Positions 23,941 through 30,628 of a stretch of DNA of 41,118 nt are shown here, in pieces; position 1 is the first letter of the stretch; each line of letters opens with the position of its first letter. The notes under the pieces were generated by a model. That model saw only the letters and a program-made list of their open reading frames with translations, ran no database searches and was not told the DNA's origin. Location of the stretch: positions 1 through 41,118 of the forward strand of contig CAZOXG010000002.1 of the NCBI GenBank assembly GCA_964583845.1, read 5' to 3'. A program made the translations under genes and the position numbers. This DNA is from an uncultured Candidatus Saccharibacteria bacterium (GTDB lineage Bacteria; Patescibacteriota; Minisyncoccia; Phycocordibacterales; GWA1-40-21).

Positions 23941-25488
23941 TTATTTTCGTTTTTTCTTTTCTTCAATATCTAACTCGTTTCTAATATGTCTTTTGGCCAT
24001 AGTAGTTTTAGCCATATCTATCCATTTAGGTGAAGGTTTGGCAGAATTCTTGGTTATTACTTCAACAATATCGCCATTTTTTAACATGGTATCTAAAGAA
24101 ACTAATTTACCGTTTACTTTGGCACCACTAACATGATGACCAATGTCCGAGTGGATTGCATAAGCAAAATCTATTGGAGAAGATTCGATCGGTAAATCAA
24201 CAACATCCCCCTTGGGAGTAAAAATAAACATACGCGCGGCAAAGAAATCTGATTTTGTGTCATTATCAACTTTGCCGTCGCCATCTTTATCAAAACCCTC
24301 TTTAACTAACTCTTTAATCCAGACCGGGATATCGTTATTAATTACACTGTGGTTATGATTACCGATGAATGGAATTTTCTTTGGCAAAAATTGTTTAAAC
24401 CAAGACATTGAAGAATCTTCTTTAGCGGGTTTATGTCCGTTTACTGAATGACACTCTTTATATGATATATGTGAAGCCACACCGTACTCAGCGTTTCGGT
24501 GCATTTCCTCAGTACGGATTTGGACCTCGACAATGCCGCCATCACCAGTAAAAATCGTGGTGTGCAAACTTTGGTAACCGTTTGGTTTTGGTAAGGCAAT
24601 ATAATCTTTGATACGTCCGGGCAAAGGGCGCCAAATACTGTGAATTATTCCTAAAATTTTATAACACTCAGTAACATCGTGGGTAATGACACGAACTGCT
24701 AAGATATCATATATTTTTTCGATATCATTATCCTTTTTTAAAAGTTTTCGGTATAAACTATAAAGTCCTTTAACGCGATAACCGGTGTGAATATCTAAAA
24801 CATTTTCTTTAGCCAGAGCTTTCTTTAATGACTTAATATATTTTTCTAAAACTGGCAAAGTTTCGCGACTTTTCTCTTTAATTAGTTCTTTGATTTTTGC
24901 GCATTCTTTTGGATAAACATAAGAAAAAGCTAGGTCTTCCATTTCTGAACTGAGTTTTCTGATACCTAAACGATAGGCGAGTGGAGCAAAGATGTCTAAT
25001 GTTTCAAGGGCGATACGAAGTTGTTTGTCTGGTCGGACATATTGCAAGGTTCTCATATTATGCAAACGATCTGCACACTTGATTACTAGAACGCGCAAGT
25101 CTTGAGACATTGCTACAAAAAGTTTTTGCAAGGACCCGATATATCTTTCTGCTCCTCGATATTTATATTTACCGAGTTTAGTGACACCAGTAATTAAAAA
25201 TAATATTTCATCACCAAATTCTTTTTTAACTTCCTCTGGAGTGGCTTTACCATCTTCAATACAGTCATGTAGTAGACCAGCGGAGATTGTAACAGAGCCC
25301 ATTTTGATACCGGCCAAATTCTTGGCGGTTTCAAAAACGTGAATAAAATACGGTTCACCAGAAAAACGAGCCTGTCCGTCGTGGGCTTTCTCGGCAAAAT
25401 TATAAGCTTTAGTTATAAGCTCAATATCTTCCTTGGTAGGGGATTCCATTAAATCAATTATTTCTTTAACGTTGGCCATATTTGTCAT
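23941..25488 (-). CDS. rel: RelA/SpoT homologue (HD hydrolase + synthetase + TGS, no ACT-type C-terminal region)
   Basis: HDCIEDG (HD domain), synthetase region DILAVRVI..YQSLHTTI, and a TGS-like end FTPKGDVVDLP..GAKVNGKLVSL. Start uncertain (ATG at 25488 or 25479; the track ORF extends to 25515). Confidence 0.85.
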   Translation of the reverse strand: MTNMANVKEIIDLMESPTKEDIELITKAYNFAEKAHDGQARFSGEPYFIHVFETAKNLAGIKMGSVTISAGLLHDCIEDGKATPEEVKKEFGDEILFLITGVTKLGKYKYRGAERYIGSLQKLFVAMSQDLRVLVIKCADRLHNMRTLQYVRPDKQLRIALETLDIFAPLAYRLGIRKLSSEMEDLAFSYVYPKECAKIKELIKEKSRETLPVLEKYIKSLKKALAKENVLDIHTGYRVKGLYSLYRKLLKKDNDIEKIYDILAVRVITHDVTECYKILGIIHSIWRPLPGRIKDYIALPKPNGYQSLHTTIFTGDGGIVEVQIRTEEMHRNAEYGVASHISYKECHSVNGHKPAKEDSSMSWFKQFLPKKIPFIGNHNHSVINNDIPVWIKELVKEGFDKDGDGKVDNDTKSDFFAARMFIFTPKGDVVDLPIESSPIDFAYAIHSDIGHHVSGAKVNGKLVSLDTMLKNGDIVEVITKNSAKPSPKWIDMAKTTMAKRHIRNELDIEEKKKRK

Positions 25489-25668
25489 TGTATTACTTCT
25501 ATAATTTTTAGGCAAATATTATTGTGATTTTTATATATATACGTCTCTGCGAAACTTTGCGAAGTAGTCCAGAAATCAGAATATCCATTAATACTAATGA
25601 AGACTGAGCTGGATTGCTTCGTCAGAATTCGCAGTGACGACATTCGTTAGTGATTAGTATTTTTACAT

Positions 25669-25714
25669 TAAAAAACCGCTTAGCTTTTCCCAGAGAGGAA
25701 AAGCCAAGCGGTTT
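25669..25714 (-). terminator. terminator of the 25725..26291 gene
   Basis: 18-bp imperfect stem AAACCGCTTAGCTTTTCC/GGAAAAGCCAAGCGGTTT. T-run on the minus strand. Confidence 0.75.
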
Positions 25715-25724
25715 GGCACAACCC

Positions 25725-26291
25725 TTATCCAGGGTGCCAATTAAAGAGACGATGCTTGATGCAGGCGGGTGTATGTCCTTTCCTCGGAATCAAGACAACC
25801 TTCACGGCCTGCAAAGTTTTCGATATGACCGCTACCTCATCCTTGGTCATAAAGTAAGCTGGTACATTGGACTGTTGTCCGTTGACCAACACTTTCTTGG
25901 CTCCACCACGCGTGATAAGGTCGCCGGTACTCGGACAGACCTGTACCATCACAAGATTTGTCTTCGGTGATGAGGCTTGAATGCACCACAGGTGATCCAT
26001 GGCATCCACGACGGCGCCGAAGACCAAGGTCTCGTCGCCATCATTGGATTGACACAGGCCGCGAGTGACAAGCTCTCCCTCAAGCTGGCTCACATTGACG
26101 AAGTCTTTACCGAGAGACTCTGTAGCCAGGCGGAGGATTGCTCTATGAAAGCGTTCGCTTTCGTCAAGAATACCTTGGCAAGTTGGCCGAAGGCAATTTG
26201 GAAACTGGCTGTCGGTTGTCAGGATGGCACTGAGAGTACCATCTACTTCTGCCACCACCAGTATCAAACTGACCGATCTCGTCTCTTTCAT
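25725..26291 (-). CDS. Nudix-fold-like protein with degenerate Nudix box (paralogue B)
   Basis: 188 aa with AAGGAGA before the ATG. GILDESERFHRAILRLATESLG keeps GX5EX7R, but REUXEE has become RLAxES. Alignable by eye to 28268..28795. Confidence 0.6.
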   Translation of the reverse strand: MKETRSVSLILVVAEVDGTLSAILTTDSQFPNCLRPTCQGILDESERFHRAILRLATESLGKDFVNVSQLEGELVTRGLCQSNDGDETLVFGAVVDAMDHLWCIQASSPKTNLVMVQVCPSTGDLITRGGAKKVLVNGQQSNVPAYFMTKDEVAVISKTLQAVKVVLIPRKGHTPACIKHRLFNWHPG

Positions 26292-26372
26292 TTGTTGGTC
26301 TCCTTAGAATTGTTTGTCGTGCAGAAGAATTGCCTTCTGCTAATCCAAAAACACTATAACATTTTTTATTAG

Positions 26373-26424
26373 AAATGGCAAATTAAAACCCCACACCAGG
26401 ACTTCCGAAGGGAAGTGAGTTGGT
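26373..26424 (-). repeat. 52-bp direct repeat, copy 1 (terminator hairpin plus -35 box)
   Basis: AAATGGCAAATTAAAACCCCACACCAGGACTTCCGAAGGGAAGTGAGTTGGT. 49/52 identical to 28199-28250. On the minus strand: hairpin ACTTCC-CTTC-GGAAGT, then GGGGTTTTAATTTGCCA. Confidence 0.85.
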
Positions 26425-26446
26425 TGTGCTGTAACAAACGCCTTAT

Positions 26447-28123
26447 TTATTTTCCTGGAGAAAAAGCCTGATCAAAATCAATTAAATATAACCTAGGAAA
26501 ACGATTAAAATCTGGTTTACCATTTTCATTTCTAAAAAATCTTAGACAAAAGTTGCCATCGTGAGGGTGACCATGTTCAAAATTTATACTACTTAACACC
26601 GCCTTTATTTTATTTTTTTGTTCTTCAAGTTCAGATTCAAATTTAGTTGATATTTCTTTCCACCTAGCCAAACTAAGATCTAAGACTCCACTATACACCC
26701 TAATTGAACCATTCTTATTAATGCTAAATGATTGGATTGGTTCTATTGGAACGTAATCAAAACCAGCCTGCTGCCACAGTTTCCAATTCTCATATATAGA
26801 TTGCCACGATAGAAAAGCTTCTGGTGTAATTTCTCTTATTATCGTTTTGTCTTTTAAGTCACCACCAAGTAAAATAGTTTCTGAACCTGTCTTATCAAAA
26901 TTAGCTCGAGAGAATTTTTCTTTTCTTACTGCTCCATTTTTGTATAATGCTGGTTTAATCAAGTATTCTTCTAAACCTTTTTCCTTCATTAATTTATACA
27001 ACCCTTTCCTTTCATTTTTGGGAATATAGTCAATCATTCCAATTGATGAGGTTTGCACTTTAGGATCAACACTTTCTAAACTCTGTCTAATCCTTAGTAA
27101 AACATTCTTCCACAAGGAAGGCTTTTCCGGCTCAGAGACAAAATTAATGTTATCAACTGATAGTATTTGAATCTCTAGATTTGAATGAGACAAACCTTCC
27201 CTGATAAGACTAGCTCTCTCATTTACAGGAGCAAACCGAATATTTTCAGCCGATATTTTTTGTACTTCTGGGTTAGGGTGATTAAAACCGTCTTTAATAA
27301 GGAGTGTTATTTCATCTTTGGGAGCATCGCCCATCATTAAAGCTGATGTAATTTGAACTTCTGGATTTGAATGAGACAAACCTTCTCTAATAAGTGTTGA
27401 TCTTTCGTCTCCAAATGCTCTTTCAATTATTTTAACTGATTCCACCTGAACTTTTGGGTTAGGGTGTTTTAAACATTCTCTAATAAGATTAGCTATCATA
27501 TTTTCAGGAGCAAACCGAATATTTTCAGCCGATATTTTTTGTACTTCTGGATTAGAGTGATTTAAACCTTCTTCAATAAGCGATAATGTTTTAGTTACTG
27601 GAGCATTGTCCAATAATTTGGCCGATGTAATTTGAACTTCGGAGTCAGTACTATTTAATCCATTTTTGATTTTTTGTAAAACAATTTCTCGCAGAAAACC
27701 CTTTTGAGTTTTAGGTGCAAACCAAATAGTTTCAGACGAAATTATTTGTACTTCTGGGTTGAGATGACTTAGACCTTCTTCAATAAGTGGTGTTATCTCA
27801 TCTTCTGATATAAATTTAATAGCCTCGGCTGCTGCTTTTTGCACCTCAGGGTCAGAATTAGCTAAGCCTTCTTTAATAAGAAAGAATGTTTTTGAGTTAG
27901 GAGTGAATAGACTTTCATTAATTTCATGCACCAAAGGTGAAATTTTCTTCTCTTTATTTTTAGTAATAATTAAATCAATCTTCTCATTATTTCTAATTTT
28001 ATCCTCTTTGTATCTATCAAAACTATGTTCAGTTATCTGATTTTGCCCAGGAATTTCATACATTTTCAAATATTTTGGTAGTGGTGACTCAGGACTTTCA
28101 ATTTTTTGCACAGGTCTTTCCAT
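26447..28123 (-). CDS. HEAT-repeat protein (about 9 repeats of ~31 aa) with a C-terminal protein-kinase-like domain
   Basis: Repeats of EGLxHxNPEVQxxSAxxIxFAP. The C-terminus has HGHPHDGNFCL (catalytic-loop-like) and LYLIDFDQA (DFD). The ATG at 28123 is preferred (MERPVQ). Low G+C. Confidence 0.7.
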   Translation of the reverse strand: MERPVQKIESPESPLPKYLKMYEIPGQNQITEHSFDRYKEDKIRNNEKIDLIITKNKEKKISPLVHEINESLFTPNSKTFFLIKEGLANSDPEVQKAAAEAIKFISEDEITPLIEEGLSHLNPEVQIISSETIWFAPKTQKGFLREIVLQKIKNGLNSTDSEVQITSAKLLDNAPVTKTLSLIEEGLNHSNPEVQKISAENIRFAPENMIANLIRECLKHPNPKVQVESVKIIERAFGDERSTLIREGLSHSNPEVQITSALMMGDAPKDEITLLIKDGFNHPNPEVQKISAENIRFAPVNERASLIREGLSHSNLEIQILSVDNINFVSEPEKPSLWKNVLLRIRQSLESVDPKVQTSSIGMIDYIPKNERKGLYKLMKEKGLEEYLIKPALYKNGAVRKEKFSRANFDKTGSETILLGGDLKDKTIIREITPEAFLSWQSIYENWKLWQQAGFDYVPIEPIQSFSINKNGSIRVYSGVLDLSLARWKEISTKFESELEEQKNKIKAVLSSINFEHGHPHDGNFCLRFFRNENGKPDFNRFPRLYLIDFDQAFSPGK

Positions 28124-28198
28124 AGAAGAAATATAGCATAAAACTATATTAGTTTCGAATTTTGATAAAATATAAAAGTGTATATGGTAAGGCAATAA

Positions 28199-28250
28199 AA
28201 ATGGCAAATTAAAACCCCACACCAGGACTTCCGAGGGGAAGTGAACTGGT
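28199..28250 (-). repeat. 52-bp direct repeat, copy 2
   Basis: See 26373-26424. Lies 17 nt past the stop of 28268..28795 and supplies TTGCCA as the -35 box for the HEAT gene. Confidence 0.85.
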
Positions 28251-28267
28251 GGAGGTTTGGGATAGAC

Positions 28268-28795
28268 TCATGATAGTTTGTTGAAGAGTTCGGAGGCAAT
28301 TTTGACCGCCTTGAGTTCGTCATCAAACATGGTGATACCCTCAAGTGGGGCTCCGGCCATCATCATTTCCTTGGTTGCGATTCTCACGTTGGGCAGGTCT
28401 CCCCGGTGGATTTTGACCAGGCCACCGGTGCTGGGGCCGAGTCTAATCCAGTCGAGCGATTCAAGGGAGACCACACACCCGAAGGTGGTCATCTCTTTCT
28501 TGTTAGTGACCAAAGTCACCAATTCGGTCAGTCCGGTTTCTTCGCCAATCCTTTTGATGTGGTCGGCGAAATGTGGGCCGAGTTCTTCTTCAATTTCACG
28601 CATCAGACCGGCAATAGGAGTTTCGCCGGCATTGAGTTTGCCGTGGCAAGTGACTTGTGTCACGCCAGCAAAGAGTGAAGGGCTCATTTCACGTTCGGTG
28701 CTATAGGCACCACGTTTTTGACCAATCGCGACCATCTGTCCATCAAGGTCCGTGATGAGAACAATCAGTCCGGCACCTTTTTCTTTTTCCGACAT
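28268..28795 (-). CDS. Nudix hydrolase-like protein with intact Nudix box (paralogue A, higher GC)
   Basis: 175 aa with AAGGAGA 7 nt before the ATG. GKLNAGETPIAGLMREIEEELG fits GX5EX7REUXEEXG. Confidence 0.75.
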   Translation of the reverse strand: MSEKEKGAGLIVLITDLDGQMVAIGQKRGAYSTEREMSPSLFAGVTQVTCHGKLNAGETPIAGLMREIEEELGPHFADHIKRIGEETGLTELVTLVTNKKEMTTFGCVVSLESLDWIRLGPSTGGLVKIHRGDLPNVRIATKEMMMAGAPLEGITMFDDELKAVKIASELFNKLS

Positions 28796-28831
28796 GGAGT
28801 GTCTCCTTTGTATGGTTCAGTGAACAGTGTC

Positions 28832-28851
28832 ATCAGAAAACGTTTTCTGAT
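28832..28851. promoter_or_regulatory. perfect 20-bp palindrome in the leader of 28268..28795
   Basis: ATCAGAAAACGTTTTCTGAT, lying between the candidate promoter (TTGACA near 28885) and the RBS. Confidence 0.5.
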
Positions 28852-28904
28852 CAAGTTCGTTCATTTACACAATATAACTAATTTCATCTTTGTCAAATAT
28901 ATAT

Positions 28905-28943
28905 AAAAAAACACCTCAAGGCCGATAGGTCAGCCTTGAGGTT
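28905..28943 (-). terminator. terminator of 28957..29850
   Basis: ACCTCAAGGC-10 nt-GCCTTGAGGT. T-run on the minus strand. Confidence 0.8.
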
Positions 28944-28956
28944 GAGGACATATGAA

Positions 28957-29850
28957 TTATCCTTTCTTGTCATTCGCATTCGTTGGACGGTGATAGTCTT
29001 CCATCACCACGTCCCGGATTTGATACCGGGTGATTTCCTTGTTGATGTTCATGGGTAGGCTCGGAAAGCCAATGCAATCCTTGCCGATTATCAACTGGTA
29101 GGGCTCGTTGGTCGAGTTCTCGTACCAGATGGGATCATAGGTGATGTAGCGATGCTTCACCCAGTCCTTTTCTGGTTTGTCGACCAACTCGAGTTCCCAC
29201 TTTTTGAACAGCGTAAAGGCCCAGCCGTGTTTCTTGCCATCGTCGGTAACGACGGCGAAGATACAGGGAACGTCGCCGAAGGTACAGCCGGTGCCGGGAA
29301 TGTTACCGGACCTGTGAACACGGCCAGCTCCCGATGTCGCTGCGAAGCTTTCAATCACCACGGCGTCTTTGGGAAAGGCGTACAGGTCGGCGATGTCGCG
29401 ACCCTTGTTCAGTTCCCAAAGCGGCAGAAGACAGGCGCTGCGCTTACATGTTTTGGGGTTCACACCTTCACTGATCACGAGCTGAGGCAGTTCGTGAAAA
29501 TAAATGACGGCGTTCGGTGGCACGCAAGGGAGAGTTTGCAGTTTTCCGTCATGGCAGACGAGGGTACTGCAAGCATAACGCATGAGTCTGAACTCTGGCC
29601 AGGTGGATTCGTAGTAAACCGTGACGACGTGGGGTTCGCACTCTGACACCTCCAGTTCTATCGCTTTCTTGCCGGTCGGGAACTCCATCGGTATAACGAC
29701 CTTGCTCCGGTCGTTCCAGATCTCGATACCTCCCTTGGCCTTCTTGGCATAGGCCACATTGTTCTTGTTGGGCGAACCGGGAATAAAGAACTTCACCGGA
29801 TCTTTGATGCTCATGGATTCGACTTGGATACGAGTGAATTCCTTCGTCAT
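28957..29850 (-). CDS. hypothetical Cys-rich protein (highest-GC ORFan in the window)
   Basis: 297-aa ORF with AAGGAG 8 nt before the ATG. 12 Cys. No motif recognised. Confidence 0.75.
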   Translation of the reverse strand: MTKEFTRIQVESMSIKDPVKFFIPGSPNKNNVAYAKKAKGGIEIWNDRSKVVIPMEFPTGKKAIELEVSECEPHVVTVYYESTWPEFRLMRYACSTLVCHDGKLQTLPCVPPNAVIYFHELPQLVISEGVNPKTCKRSACLLPLWELNKGRDIADLYAFPKDAVVIESFAATSGAGRVHRSGNIPGTGCTFGDVPCIFAVVTDDGKKHGWAFTLFKKWELELVDKPEKDWVKHRYITYDPIWYENSTNEPYQLIIGKDCIGFPSLPMNINKEITRYQIRDVVMEDYHRPTNANDKKG

Positions 29851-29900
29851 GGTGTGACTCCTTTTCTTTTTACTTTATTGACATTTTACAAACAACACTG

Positions 29901-29922
29901 TGAAAGCTAGCAAACAGGCTAG
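29901..29922 (-). promoter_or_regulatory. conserved 5'-leader hairpin motif, copy 2 of 2
   Basis: Minus strand CTAGCCTGTTTGCTAGCTTTCA. See 2341-2362. Confidence 0.55.
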
Positions 29923-29937
29923 TTTCGGTTCAAAAAC

Positions 29938-29966
29938 ATACTATAACATAATATCTATTTAGTCAA
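29938..29966 (-). promoter_or_regulatory. promoter of 28957..29850
   Basis: Minus strand TTGACT, 17-nt spacer, TAGTAT. Confidence 0.6.
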
Positions 29967-30003
29967 TATAATATAGACAATATATGAATTTTGTTATATT
30001 TAA

Positions 30004-30032
30004 GTTGACAGCAGTAATTATATAGTATATAA
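30004..30032 (+). promoter_or_regulatory. consensus sigma70 promoter (divergent)
   Basis: TTGACA, 17-nt spacer, TATAAT. An exact consensus match. Confidence 0.75.
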
Positions 30033-30100
30033 TTTTTACCGAATTGGTTTCATGTCTGAAGGCATGGAATAAGAAGCTTCAATTTTTAAGGAGACAGAAA

Positions 30101-30307
30101 ATGTATACGGAAATGCCCAAACAGTCGTCTACTTTCATGGAACTAACAGTCTTCACTACCGGTTTTTTGGTCGGTATCTGGAGTCTGGGAATTGCTGAAC
30201 TGCGTTTCTGGGACACCGAAAGGCGTCGCGCCTTGTTCTATGTTTCCGTTACGGAACTTTACGGTCTTCAGGCCAGCATTCTATTTCTCGGTACCTACCA
30301 ACGGTAG
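30101..30307 (+). CDS. 68-aa single-TM protein
   Basis: AAGGAGA 7 nt before the ATG at 30101 (in frame within track ORF 30044..30307). TM is LTVFTTGFLVGIWSLGIA. Two terminator hairpins follow. Confidence 0.6.
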   Translation: MYTEMPKQSSTFMELTVFTTGFLVGIWSLGIAELRFWDTERRRALFYVSVTELYGLQASILFLGTYQR

Positions 30308-30371
30308 TGTACATCAAGCCATCCGGCTCATCGGTCCCTCAAGGATCGGAGCTGGGTGGTTTTTTAATTAA

Positions 30372-30409
30372 TACCGCCCGGCTCGCAAAGCGAGCCGGGC
30401 GGTATTTTA
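30372..30409 (+). terminator. intrinsic terminator (second of two)
   Basis: TACCGCCCGGCTCG-CAAAG-CGAGCCGGGCGGTA followed by TTTTA. A weaker hairpin plus T-run lies at about 30322-30365. Confidence 0.75.
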
Positions 30410-30411
30410 AT

Positions 30412-30495
30412 TTATTTTGTGTCTGCAACCTCAGCCAGTTTATGTGGATTATGATTAGGACAATTCTTATCACTACATCTATCTGGTATGGTCTT
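30412..30495 (-). pseudogene. displaced 3'-terminal fragment of topA (27 codons plus stop)
   Basis: Minus-strand translation is KTIPDRCSDKNCPNHNPHKLAEVADTK*. The first 20 aa are identical to the end of intact TopA, with 12/60 nt different and all differences synonymous. Confidence 0.8.
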
Positions 30496-30497
30496 TG

Positions 30498-30628
30498 GTC
30501 ACAAATATTTTCTCGCCGTCGCTCAAAAATTTTGCCGACCCCGGCTCAGTATTGCTCGTTGCTACTCGCAATATACTTCCGCCTCACAAAAACTAAAAAC
30601 AGACAGCGAAGACTGTCTGTTTCTTACA
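30498..30628 (+). mobile_element. mini-element copy H (type-1 core plus terminator), behind topA
   Basis: GTCACAAATATTTTC-TCGCCGTCGCTC-AAAAATTTTGCCGACCCCGGCTCAG-TATTGC..GCAATA-TACTTCCGCCTCAC, then the AAACAGACAG-6 nt-CTGTCTGTTT hairpin (30597-30622) directly before the topA stop. Confidence 0.85.

Noticed and set aside
29851-30100. AT-rich region with many TATA/ATAT runs, considered as a possible replication origin or repeat array
   Set aside because: No DnaA-box-like 9-mers or ordered repeats were seen. Two divergent consensus promoters explain the composition.
2659-30628. CRISPR array, integron attC sites or class C (terminator-targeting) group II introns as explanations for the repeated element
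   Set aside because: The copies are dispersed rather than regularly spaced. They are 85-260 bp and internally structured. There is no cas, intI or RT gene in the window. The junction hexamers GTCACG, GTCAGG, GTCACA and GTCATG do not fit the attC GTTRRRY core, and GTTACG (G1) fits only partly. The size is far below even ORF-less group II introns, and no GUGYG...AY ends are present.
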